A stretch of 64,000 nt of DNA from Nitrospirota bacterium (GTDB lineage: Bacteria > Nitrospirota > Thermodesulfovibrionia > Thermodesulfovibrionales > JdFR-86), in NCBI GenBank assembly GCA_963721805.1, contig CAVRJY010000001.1:896001-960000 (forward strand). The letters run 5' to 3'. This document shows positions 50,655 to 59,914 of the stretch, piece by piece. Positions within the stretch are counted from its first letter, which is position 1; each line of letters begins with the position of its first letter. The position numbers and the translations under genes were made by a program. A model generated the notes under the pieces. That model saw only the letters and a list, made by a program, of their open reading frames with translations. It made no database searches and had not been told where the DNA came from.

Positions 50655-51714
50655 CCGTACCCTCCGCCTGCGCGTCTGCGCCCGCGCCTTCCATCAAGCT
50701 GGTGTCGTAGGATTCCTTCAGCGTCCTGCCGATGGCGCTGCTGCGGTCGTAGTGGTCGCTGTTGTAGAAATCGCACCGCAGGCAGTCCAGGAGCTTCTCG
50801 GCGTGGCTGCCGTGGATGCGCCCGGTGCACATCGTGCCGGTCACCCCGGCGCACTTCCTGCCGTGGGCCGCGTATGCCGGGCAGACGCCCAGCGAGGCGC
50901 GCGCTCCGCCCTCCTGCCTGCCGCAGTTCAGGAACTCCCAGCAGTTGAGCTTGTATGCGAGCTTGCCGTGGTCCTTCCACGCCTCGGCCGGCGCGGGGTA
51001 GCCGAGGTAATAGCCCTGCGCGTACTTGACGCCTATCTGCTTGAGCACCGAGAGTTCATCCGCGGTCTCGACCCCTTCGGCGATGAGGCTCGAATGCATC
51101 TTCTTCGCCATGAGGTTCATGCTCCCGACCAGGTCCTGCTTGCGCGCGTCCTTATGGAGGTCCTTTATGAAGACCCTGTCGACCTTCAGGTACGCAGGGT
51201 GCAGCATGAGGAGCTGGTAGAGGTACGGGGACCTGATGCCTATGTCGTCGAGCGCCATGTCGATGCCCGCCTTGCGCACGGTCTCGAGGTTGCGCAGTAT
51301 GTCCGTGGTCTGGCTCCTGTCGGTGTTCTCGGAAATCTCGAGCACTATGCGCCTGACGTCGATGCCGAGTTCCCGCAGAAGCCCGAGGTGTTCGTCCATG
51401 TTGCGGGCCATGAGTTCGAAGGTCCTGCTCGTTATGTTTATGAACAGCTTAACCCCGCCGGGCAGGTTGCGGCCGGTCCTGACCGAGGACTGGATGCCCG
51501 AGTGGTCCATGAGCATCAGGAGTTCGTCGCTCAGCGAGCCTGGAGCGTTAAACAGCGCCCCCGGGTTGCACATGCTCGTGTTCTCGGGGCCGCGCATGAG
51601 GGATTCGTACCCTATCGCGCGCTCCGACGAGATGTCGGCGATCGGCTGGAACACGGTCGAGAAAAACCCGCGGTTGATGATGGCGCGCACCTCGCGTTCT
51701 ACCGCCGTGTCCAT
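50629..51714 (-). CDS. EAL-domain protein with a C-terminal seven-Cys (two-CW-like) domain
   Basis: FQPI, YESL, FINI, LEISE, ALDD, LKVD, AEGVET and QGYY motifs; tail NCWEFLNCGR...GVCPA...KC...GTMC...CLRCDFY. Confidence 0.88.
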   Translation of the reverse strand: MDTAVEREVRAIINRGFFSTVFQPIADISSERAIGYESLMRGPENTSMCNPGALFNAPGSLSDELLMLMDHSGIQSSVRTGRNLPGGVKLFINITSRTFELMARNMDEHLGLLRELGIDVRRIVLEISENTDRSQTTDILRNLETVRKAGIDMALDDIGIRSPYLYQLLMLHPAYLKVDRVFIKDLHKDARKQDLVGSMNLMAKKMHSSLIAEGVETADELSVLKQIGVKYAQGYYLGYPAPAEAWKDHGKLAYKLNCWEFLNCGRQEGGARASLGVCPAYAAHGRKCAGVTGTMCTGRIHGSHAEKLLDCLRCDFYNSDHYDRSSAIGRTLKESYDTSLMEGAGADAQAEGTDGNRQGNA

Positions 51715-52088
51715 CAGTGCACCCTGGTTTCCTGGATGGCGTTCATGATCGTCTTGAATGAGACCGGCTTCTCGAAATAGTAGTCCGCGCCTCTTAGGAA
51801 CGCGGCCTTCATGATCTCGGCGCTCCCAAACCCGGTTATCACTATCACCTTGGTCGCCTTGCTGGCCTGCTTAACGGCATCGAGGACCGCGAGCCCCTCG
51901 GCCGATAGCGTGCCGGTCAGCCTCACGTCGGCTATCACCGTCGAGTACGAATTCCCCTTTATGTTGGCGCACGCGTCGATGAGGGTCTCGGCGGTATCCA
52001 CTTTGTAACCCTCGGACTGGAGCATGTCCTGAAGGGCCAGGAGATATGCCTTCTCGTCGTCAACCAGCAAGACGCTTTCCTTCGCCAT
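51714..52088 (-). CDS. Single-domain response regulator
   Basis: LVDDE, ADVRL, ITGFG and EKP motifs; GAGGAG RBS. Confidence 0.9.
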   Translation of the reverse strand: MAKESVLLVDDEKAYLLALQDMLQSEGYKVDTAETLIDACANIKGNSYSTVIADVRLTGTLSAEGLAVLDAVKQASKATKVIVITGFGSAEIMKAAFLRGADYYFEKPVSFKTIMNAIQETRVH

Positions 52089-52114
52089 GGTCGCTCTCCT
52101 CTCGGCACAGCACA

Positions 52115-52130
52115 AGCATCTTGTGTGCCA
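52115..52130 (-). promoter_or_regulatory. Sigma-54 (-24/-12) promoter of the second chemosensory operon
   Basis: TGGCACACAAGATGCT (GG-N10-GC), 27 bp upstream of the ATG at 52088. Confidence 0.8.
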
Positions 52131-52214
52131 GAGGGGAGAGGGGTCATAAGCCGTTTGTTAATATGGGGTTTATGCGTCAGCGTGCGGGCAGGTGGAAGGA
52201 TGCTTCATGCATCA

Positions 52215-52255
52215 TGTCTCACCGAGACGTCTCACGTGAGACGAGACTTGAGACG
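52215..52255. promoter_or_regulatory. Putative enhancer (UAS) cluster
   Basis: Overlapping palindromes GTCTCACCGAGAC and GTCTCACGTGAGAC plus extra GAGAC half-sites, 85-125 bp upstream of the -24 box. Confidence 0.65.
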
Positions 52256-52264
52256 CGGGGGGCT

Positions 52265-53594
52265 TCAGACCATGCCCAGGCGCTTCATCTTGCGATACAG
52301 TGTTGCGCGCGAGATTCCGAGCGCCCGCGCCATCTCCGCACGGCTGCCGCCGGTCTGCCCGGCGACCGCGCGGATCTCGGCTTCGGAGGGGTCGGCGGCC
52401 GGAAGCCTCCCGGAGAAGGCCGGGATATGTGGGCGTGCCTCGCGCTCGTCGGCATAATAAAACATCTCCGGCGTGAGTTCGGCATCGCGTCTGAGCATCA
52501 CCGCGCGCTCTATCGCGTTTCTGAGTTCGCGGATATTGCCGGGCCACGGCCTGCGGCTGAGGGCGTCGATGACATCCGGGGATACCGCAGCCGGGGGGAT
52601 GCCGAGGCCTATGAGTATCTCGCTGACGATCGCGGGCAGGTCCGGCGTGCGCTGCCTTAGTGGGGGAATCGCGATGCTTATCACGTTGAGCCTGTAGAAA
52701 AAATCCTGTCTGAAACTCCCCCTCGCGACCTCATCGGCGATCTCATGGTTGGTCGCGGCCAGGAGGCGGAAATCGCTGAACCTCGTGCGGGTCTCGCCGA
52801 TCCGCCTGTACGTCTTCTCCTCGATGACCTTTAGCATGCTGGCCTGCACCGCGAGGTCCATGTCCCCGACCTCGTCGAGAAAGAGCGTCCCGCCGTCGGC
52901 GTAGCTCACGAGCCCTTCGTGGTCCTTTACGGCCCCGGTGAACGCGCCGCGTGCGTGGCCGAAAAGCTCGCTTGCGAGGACCTCGCCCCTGAGCGAGGAG
53001 CAGTTGACCTCTACGAACGGGCCCTTGGCCCTCGGGCCGTTTTCGTGCAGCCACCGCGCAAGCATGCTCTTGCCGGTGCCGGTCTCGCCGAGTATCAGCA
53101 CGGGGGCCTCGCCGAGCGCCGAGGCGGAGGCCGTCTCCATGCATGCGGCCATCGCGGCCGAGCGGCACTGCGAGAGGACGTCGCGCCCGCCGGTGGAGAC
53201 GTGCCTTGCCTGGTCTTTTCTCCTGAGGCTGCTCGGCCTCGATCGCCTTGTTCAGGAACGCCTCAAGGCTGCCGAAGTTCACAGGCTTGGTCAGGAAGTT
53301 GTCGGCCCCGCCGGTCATGGCCTCCACGGCAAGCGGTATGTCGCCCGTCCCGGTCACGACCACCAGCACGGCCGACGGGCATGCCTGCCTGAGTTCGGGT
53401 ATCAGCGAGACTCCGTTTCCGTCCGGGAGCCATACGTCCAGGAGCACCGCGTCGAACCTGCGCTCGCAGAAGAGGCGCCGCGCCTCGGCCAGCGAGCCCG
53501 CCTCTACGGCGGCATAGCCGCACTCGCCCAGGAAGGCCGAATACGCAAAGCGCATCGCGCTCTCGTCGTCTATGATGAGCACCGAGGGCTTCAT
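52265..53594 (-). CDS. NtrC-family sigma-54 activator (REC-AAA-Fis HTH), +1 frameshift near 53235
   Basis: REC in ORF 52743..53594; GETGTGKS, GAFTGA, FLDEVG, WPGNIRELRN and LGISRATLYRK in ORF 52265..53152. Confidence 0.92.
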
Positions 53595-53595
53595 G

Positions 53596-55851
53596 CTAAT
53601 GCACCAGGGGGAGGGTCACTTCGACGCTGCATCCCGCGCCTCCGGGGTTGTTGTAGATCGAGACCGATCCCTCGTGGAGGTCTACGATGTGCTTTACGAT
53701 GCTCAGGCCCAGGCCCATGCCGCCGCGCCGCGAGGTGAAAAACGGCTCGAACACCCGGGGGAGTATGTCTTCGGGCACGCCCGTGCCCTCATCCGAGATC
53801 CTCACGAGCGCGCGGTCCTCCGGCGTGCGCGCGACGCTCAGCCTGATGTCCGACGCTTCGCTGCCGTTTTGGACCGCGTTGTCCAGGAGGTTTATCAGCA
53901 CCTGCCCGATCTTGCCGGCGTCACACAGGACGTTCATGCCCTTGGCCCCGTCAGTGATCTCAAACGTCGCGCCGCTGGCCGAGCCCAGGTCCCCGCGCCG
54001 CCACAATATGAACGCCGAGCCGCAGAGCTCGGCCACGGAATGGACCTGCATCCTCGCCTCGTCGACCGGCCGGCCCAGGTCCAGCAGGTCCTTCATGAGC
54101 TTGGAGAGCCGCTCGACCTGCTCGCTCATGTGGTTTATGAAGGGCTTGTACGCGGCCGCCCCGCCGAGCCGCCTGTCAAGGGCCTCGGTTATGCCCATGA
54201 TCGCGTTTAGCGGGTTTCTGACCTCGTGCGCAACGCTCCCCGCGAGGCGTCCGAAGACCTCCATCTTGCGGGCCTCCTCGAGGCTCCTCGTCTGGTGCAG
54301 CAGCTCCATTTGCGCCCGGCCGTGCTCGAGCTTCGTCCATATCGAAGACAGGCCGAGCGAAAGCTCGTCCGCGAAGTCCTCTATAAATCCCTTCTCCATA
54401 TCCCCGAAGGACGGGCCCCCGGCCGGAGAGACCGCCAGTATGCCGTTGAGCACCCCGTTTTTGAGCCAGAGGGGGAGCTTGAGCCAGCCCTCGTCGGGGA
54501 TCACTGACTCCACCAGCTCCCTCGCGGCCGGGAGTTCCATCCCCGAGCAAGCGACTACGTTCATGCGGTCGTCAAGTTCTTCCCCCCTTATGCCGACCCA
54601 TGCCGAGCCGTGGCCGCAGGTGTTCACCATCAGGTCGCAGGCATACTCGCACAGCCCCTTCTCGTCCGCAGCCGAAAGCAGGTAGCGGTTGAGGTTTCCC
54701 ATGGCCGTCAGGTACCTGTTTGAGAGCCTGAGTTCGGCCGTCCGCTCGCTGACCTTCTGTTCGAGGCCGTCGTGGGCCCGCTTGAGCTGCGCGGCAAGCT
54801 CCATGCCCTCCAGGCTCCTCGTGAACTTGCGGGCCACCTCGTCAAGCAGCCTCTGCTCCCCGGCCGAAAACTGCGGCCTGCGCTCGGGCGCCCCGCGATA
54901 GAGCACCTTTATGCGGCCTCGCTTCAGGCCGTTTATCACGAGCTTTGCGCTCATGACGTAGACAGGCCGGGCCGTGGAGCCGGACATATATCCCTCGCCG
55001 TCGATGTCGAGGACGACCGTAACGAAGGCCGGATGCTCGAACGCGTATCTTATGACCTCGACCACCCTGGCGCAGATGCCCTCAAACGGGAGCCTCCGCT
55101 CGCAGACCTCCGAGATCTGGAATATGCAGTTGAGTTCGTTTACGCGCTGCTGCAGCTCTCTTGATTTGCGCCCGAGTTCCCCGGTGGTCCGCTTGTGGCG
55201 AATCGCCTTGGCGTAGATGTCCGCCACGGGCGCGAGGGTCTTGAGGTCCGACGCCCGGTATCCGGCCTTTGAGTCTGCAAGCGCGATCAGCCCGACCTGC
55301 TCACAGCCCAGGAAGACCGGGATCGAGAGCAGGTTCCTCACGTCAGCCCTCGCCTCACCGGTGCTCTGCCACAAGGGATGCTTGGAAGGGGAGTTCGTGT
55401 AAAAGGGCCTGTTGGTGTCCGGCTCGATCCCCCACAGGCACGGCCGGGCGCCGTCGGCGCGCAATGCGTCGTGGCGGCGTTCCGGGAGCGCGGGCATGAC
55501 CGGAGCCCCTACTATCGCGTGGGCCTCGGTCCCGCCGCCATGGTCGTCGAGGACCGAGGCGAAACCGAGCTTGCTGCCCGTGATCGCGAGGCAGTGCTTA
55601 AGCACCAGGGCGCACAGTTCGCGCCAGTCGATCATGTCTTTAAGCAGCAGGGAGGATATCTCCCCGACGGCCGCCTGGACCGCCTTGCGCCTGCCGCGCG
55701 GCGAGGGTTTCCCGCCCCCGCGCGCCTGCCTGCCTCCGAGCCGGCCTTCTCCCGGCATGGCCGGTGCGGCCGCCCCGGGCCGGGGTGCGACGAAATCCGA
55801 CTCCGCGGGTACGGGCTTCAGGCCGGCATGTTCGATGCTGCTATACGGCAT
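53596..55851 (-). CDS. Cytoplasmic GAF-domain histidine kinase (NtrB-like)
   Basis: GAF-like regions; VAHEVRNPL, NLLDNAVQ, FEPFFT and GLGL motifs; no TM segment seen. Confidence 0.9.
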   Translation of the reverse strand: MPYSSIEHAGLKPVPAESDFVAPRPGAAAPAMPGEGRLGGRQARGGGKPSPRGRRKAVQAAVGEISSLLLKDMIDWRELCALVLKHCLAITGSKLGFASVLDDHGGGTEAHAIVGAPVMPALPERRHDALRADGARPCLWGIEPDTNRPFYTNSPSKHPLWQSTGEARADVRNLLSIPVFLGCEQVGLIALADSKAGYRASDLKTLAPVADIYAKAIRHKRTTGELGRKSRELQQRVNELNCIFQISEVCERRLPFEGICARVVEVIRYAFEHPAFVTVVLDIDGEGYMSGSTARPVYVMSAKLVINGLKRGRIKVLYRGAPERRPQFSAGEQRLLDEVARKFTRSLEGMELAAQLKRAHDGLEQKVSERTAELRLSNRYLTAMGNLNRYLLSAADEKGLCEYACDLMVNTCGHGSAWVGIRGEELDDRMNVVACSGMELPAARELVESVIPDEGWLKLPLWLKNGVLNGILAVSPAGGPSFGDMEKGFIEDFADELSLGLSSIWTKLEHGRAQMELLHQTRSLEEARKMEVFGRLAGSVAHEVRNPLNAIMGITEALDRRLGGAAAYKPFINHMSEQVERLSKLMKDLLDLGRPVDEARMQVHSVAELCGSAFILWRRGDLGSASGATFEITDGAKGMNVLCDAGKIGQVLINLLDNAVQNGSEASDIRLSVARTPEDRALVRISDEGTGVPEDILPRVFEPFFTSRRGGMGLGLSIVKHIVDLHEGSVSIYNNPGGAGCSVEVTLPLVH

Positions 55852-58800
55852 CGGCGCCGCCTGCCTTGCCGAAGTCCGCCATAAAACGCTCTGCCGCTTT
55901 GGCCTCGAGCGGGGGCGAGAAGAAATACCCCTGGATATACCGGCAGCCGAGCGACTTCAGCACGTCGAGCTGCTCTCTGCCCTCCACGCCCTCGATTACG
56001 ACGTGCTTGTCGATGCTCCAGGCCAGCGAGGTGACGGCCCTGACGATCTCGCGCGCGTCCCTGTCCTCGCAGATGTTCCTCACGAAGCTCTTGTCGATCT
56101 TCAGCGCCTTGACGCGGAACTTGTGCAGGTAATTGAGCGAGGAGTAGCCGGTGCCGAAATCGTCGAGGTACAGCTCGACGCCGAGCTGATGGAGCCTGTC
56201 TATGACGGTCGAGGCTATGTCGATGTTCTCCATGATGATCGTCTCGGTGATCTCGAGCTTGAGCGCTGAGGGGTCCACGCCGGTCTCGGAGATTACGCCC
56301 GCGACGACCTCTGGCAGCTCGACCGTGAACTGCCTCGACGAGAGGTTGACGTTCATCTCAAGCTGAGGGCCGGAGGGATACATCGTCCTCCATTTGGTAA
56401 TCCGGGCGGCGGCCTCGCGGAGCACCCATCTGCCGATCTGCATGATGAGGCCGGTCTCCTCGGCCGCTGGTATGAACTGCATCGGCTGGACCATCCCGCG
56501 AAGGGGGTGCCGCCACCTCACCAGAGCCTCGAACCCCTTGACGCGGTTTTCGGATATGTCTATGATGGGCTGGTAATAAAGCTCGAACTCCTTTGAGGTC
56601 AGGGCCTTCCGGAGGTCGTTTTCGAGGCTCACGGACTCCACTGCGCTTTGGTGCATCTTGGCGTCGAAGACCGCGTAGCAGGCCCTGCCGTTGGACTTCG
56701 CGTGGTACATCGCGGTATCGGCGTCGCGGATGAGCTCCTCGGCGCTCGGGCCCCCGCCGCCGCTCACCGCGATGCCTATGCTGGCCGAGGTGTAGATATC
56801 GTTTTCCCCTATCTTAAACGGACGCCTGAAGAGCCTGAGCACCCGCGAGGCTATGGCCCGGGCCTCGGCCTCGTCCGTGGTCTCGTCGATGAGCACCGCG
56901 AACTCGTCGCCGCCGAAGCGGGCCACCGTGTCCGTGGGCCTGACGCAGCCTTCGATGCTCCTGGAGACCTCGACCAGGAGGCCGTCGCCCGCGAGGTGCC
57001 CCAGGCTGTCGTTGATCTTCTGGAAGTAGTCGAGGTCCGCGAAGAGCACCGCAAAGGGCGCATCGGACAGCCCCCGCCGCTCGATGAGGCGCATCCTCAG
57101 GCGGTCCATGAACAGGACCTTGTTAGGCAGGCCGGTCAGCGGGTCGTATAGAGCGCGCCGCTCTAGCTGCTCGGACAGCATCTTCTGGTCCGTGATGTCG
57201 ATGGCGAACCCCACCGTGCCCATGGGCTCGCCGGCGGCGTCCCTCAGCAGCGTGCTTACCATGTGGGCCGGAAACGGCGTGCCGTCCCTCCTTATGTGCC
57301 AGATCTCGCCGCTGTAGTGGCCGTATTGTTTGACCAGATCCAGAAACGGCATCACCTCGCGCTTAAGCTGGTCTTCGTTGTGGAAGATGCGCAGGTGCCT
57401 CCCGATTATCTCCTCGGGGAGATAGCCGTGCATGTCCGCCCATGCCTTGTTGGCATAGGACATGACCCCGTCGAGGTTCGCCATCGCGATCCCCTCGGCG
57501 GCCTGTTCGGTTATCGTAGCGAGGCTCCGGAGCTTGTCCTCGGCGAGCCTGCGCTCGGTGACGTCCGATACCAGGCCGTCATAGGACGTGAGCGCGCCCC
57601 CTTCGTCATAGTGCGGGACGATGGTATTGCGCACCCAGCGCACAGCGCCGTCTTTGCGCACGATGCGGTGCTCCAGGCTCAGCTCTCCGCGGCCTGACGT
57701 TATGCCCTCGATGTGGCTGAGCACGGAGCCCTTGTCCTCGCCGTGCACCATCTCGTACCAGAGGGCCGGGTTTTGCAGGTATTCCTCGGGGGTATACCCC
57801 GTCACCGAGAGGCAGCCCGGGCTGTGCGTGGTGGGGACGGGCGCGCTGGCGCTGATGCTGACGTTGTATATGTAGTCGGTCACGGAATCGACGAGCAGTT
57901 TGTACCTCTCCCTGCTGTGCATGAGCGCCAGTTCGGCCAGCTTGTGTCCGGTTATGTCGCGGTTCGAGCCGCTTCTGCCGAGGAACTCGCCCTGCTCGCC
58001 GTGGACCGCCTGGCAGACGTGGCTCAGCCATCGCACCGAGCCGTCAGGCCTGACCACCCTGAACTCGATGCTCAGCTGGGATTCGGCCGCGAACATGTGG
58101 CGGCGGAATTGTTCCAGGTCATCGGGGTGGATGATCCGGTAGAGGAGCTCACGGTCTTCGAGGAATTCCCTGCTCGAGTGTCCGGTGATCCTCTCGCACG
58201 AGGGCGAGTTGAAGACGAACTCCCCGGACGGCTCGCGCCAGAAGACCCAGTCGCACATGCTCTCGGTGATGATCCGGTACTTGCGCTCCGACGCGCTGAG
58301 CGCATCCTCGGCCGCCTTCTGGTCGGTGATGTCCACCCCTGAGCCGAGGACTTGGGAGACGCTGCCGTCAGGGCCGCGAAGCGGCCTGTTGCGCCAGGCA
58401 ATGAGCCTGTGCCTGCCGGTCCGCGTGCGGACCTGGTTGACGTAACGCGATGCGGGCTGGTGAGGGTTTTCCATTACGCCCTTAAACACCTTCAAGACAT
58501 CGCTGCGCACGGCGTCGGGCAGGAACTCACCGAACCAGTCCGCGCCTGTGACGTCCTCGTCGCCGAGATCGAGGACCTCGCGGCCGCAGCGGTTCAGGGC
58601 CTTGATCCTGCCGTCGGTTTCGAGCACGAGCATGATCACGCTGGCGTTCTCGAAATAAGCGTGTGCGGCGTCACGCTCTTTCTGGAGCTGCGAGAGGATG
58701 CTCATCCTCTCGGTCGTCTCGATGAACGAGGCCATCAGGCATGCGGGACCGGAGTCCCCCTCAGGTATGATTGCGGCCGAGATATGCACCCAAAAGCGCG

Positions 58801-59206
58801 AGCCGTCGCTCCTGCGTGCCGGCCTCTCGCCCGAAAACCTCCCCTCCCGGATCGTCGTGTCTATTGACCCCAGGTCGATTTCGGGTTCAAACATGAACTC
58901 AGCCGCGTGCCTGCCGATAATCTCCTCCGCATCGGAGTAGCCCCACATCGTAACGAAGGCGCGGTTGGCGTAGATGAGCCTGCCGTTGAGATCGGCCATG
59001 GCTACGGCGTTTTGGGAGTTTTCGAGCGCATGGGACTGGAGCGACTGGAACCACGCGTCAGCATGGCGGCGCAGCGCTGTGCCGGCTGGCCCGCCGCTTG
59101 ATTCATACGGCTGGCCGGGATCGAATTCCCCGCCTCCGGAGAGTGAAGGCGCGTCGTTGCCGTATGGCATATTAAATTTGTACCCCCTAAGGTATATATT
59201 TATCAC
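55841..59206 (-). CDS. Five-PAS diguanylate cyclase/phosphodiesterase (GGDEF-EAL)
   Basis: Five PAS/PAC units; DPLTGLPN, ARFGGDEF, FEALVRW and DDFGTGYSS motifs; the start may be 59170. Confidence 0.94.
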   Translation of the reverse strand: MINIYLRGYKFNMPYGNDAPSLSGGGEFDPGQPYESSGGPAGTALRRHADAWFQSLQSHALENSQNAVAMADLNGRLIYANRAFVTMWGYSDAEEIIGRHAAEFMFEPEIDLGSIDTTIREGRFSGERPARRSDGSRFWVHISAAIIPEGDSGPACLMASFIETTERMSILSQLQKERDAAHAYFENASVIMLVLETDGRIKALNRCGREVLDLGDEDVTGADWFGEFLPDAVRSDVLKVFKGVMENPHQPASRYVNQVRTRTGRHRLIAWRNRPLRGPDGSVSQVLGSGVDITDQKAAEDALSASERKYRIITESMCDWVFWREPSGEFVFNSPSCERITGHSSREFLEDRELLYRIIHPDDLEQFRRHMFAAESQLSIEFRVVRPDGSVRWLSHVCQAVHGEQGEFLGRSGSNRDITGHKLAELALMHSRERYKLLVDSVTDYIYNVSISASAPVPTTHSPGCLSVTGYTPEEYLQNPALWYEMVHGEDKGSVLSHIEGITSGRGELSLEHRIVRKDGAVRWVRNTIVPHYDEGGALTSYDGLVSDVTERRLAEDKLRSLATITEQAAEGIAMANLDGVMSYANKAWADMHGYLPEEIIGRHLRIFHNEDQLKREVMPFLDLVKQYGHYSGEIWHIRRDGTPFPAHMVSTLLRDAAGEPMGTVGFAIDITDQKMLSEQLERRALYDPLTGLPNKVLFMDRLRMRLIERRGLSDAPFAVLFADLDYFQKINDSLGHLAGDGLLVEVSRSIEGCVRPTDTVARFGGDEFAVLIDETTDEAEARAIASRVLRLFRRPFKIGENDIYTSASIGIAVSGGGGPSAEELIRDADTAMYHAKSNGRACYAVFDAKMHQSAVESVSLENDLRKALTSKEFELYYQPIIDISENRVKGFEALVRWRHPLRGMVQPMQFIPAAEETGLIMQIGRWVLREAAARITKWRTMYPSGPQLEMNVNLSSRQFTVELPEVVAGVISETGVDPSALKLEITETIIMENIDIASTVIDRLHQLGVELYLDDFGTGYSSLNYLHKFRVKALKIDKSFVRNICEDRDAREIVRAVTSLAWSIDKHVVIEGVEGREQLDVLKSLGCRYIQGYFFSPPLEAKAAERFMADFGKAGGADAV

Positions 59207-59293
59207 AATTTGAGTTTTCGGGCAATGCCGATTGCGTCAAACGGGGTGTGATGACTGTATGAGACTGCATTATCGGATTAGGTGCGGATGATG

Positions 59294-59326
59294 AAAAAGT
59301 CCGGGGGGCTTATTAGGGCCCCCCGG
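59294..59326 (-). terminator. Intrinsic terminator
   Basis: CCGGGGGGC-loop-GCCCCCCGG followed by ACTTTTT on the minus strand. Confidence 0.75.
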
Positions 59327-59368
59327 TCGGTTTAGTTTGCTTGATTATGGTTTATAGGCCGTGCCGGT

Positions 59369-59695
59369 TTACCGCGTCCCGGCGTGCTCGGCCTCGCTCG
59401 ATGAGGAGGCTGCCCTCACTGCCGCGTCGACTACCGCACCCGCCGCCCAGCCGGCCATCGCGGAGCCTATCGTGAACATCAGGGCCGCGCCCAGCATCCC
59501 GCCCAGCATCGAGACCGCGAGGAATACGCTCGCGAGTATCCCTGCATGCAGCGGCCCGCCGGTTACGAGGGTTGCGATCTTAAGCCCTATGGCCCCGCCC
59601 GCAAGCGAGCCGCCCAGTATCCCTACCAGTACGAACAGCACGATCCCGATTCCCGTCCCGATGTAAGTCCCCTTCTTCGCATAGTTCGTGTTCAT
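59369..59695 (-). CDS. Small Gly/Ala-rich membrane protein of unknown function
   Basis: 108 aa, largely hydrophobic; AAAGGGG RBS; has its own promoter and terminator. Confidence 0.75.
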   Translation of the reverse strand: MNTNYAKKGTYIGTGIGIVLFVLVGILGGSLAGGAIGLKIATLVTGGPLHAGILASVFLAVSMLGGMLGAALMFTIGSAMAGWAAGAVVDAAVRAASSSSEAEHAGTR

Positions 59696-59745
59696 CTGTC
59701 TACCCCTTTCGTTTGTCTCGTTTTTTGTGCTCATGCCATCATCAA

Positions 59746-59761
59746 TGCACCTTCCGTGCCA
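59746..59761 (-). promoter_or_regulatory. Sigma-54 promoter of the small membrane protein gene
   Basis: TGGCACGGAAGGTGCA (GG-N10-GC); an imperfect palindrome TTCGCAACGCTGCGAA lies upstream near 59835-59850. Confidence 0.75.
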
Positions 59762-59914
59762 GCTTGCAGTTTCCATATTTATCAATGGGTTATCGGTTGC
59801 AGGCGATAAAGCCATTGCAGATCGGCAAAAACTATTCGCAACGCTGCGAAGAATTGCCGGATCTCAGCGGCAGGCGTGCCAATCAGACCGGTCCGGTCGG
59901 CTATAATCATACTG

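Noticed and set aside
2440..53240. Programmed frameshifting or phase variation at the gene breaks
   Set aside because: There is no shared slippery heptamer or long simple-sequence tract, the genes are unrelated (including hisC), and the uniform +1 bias fits sequencing error better
13006..59860. One large genomic island anchored at tRNA-Leu
   Set aside because: No distal att repeat, integrase or transfer genes were seen, and most of the region has host-like composition
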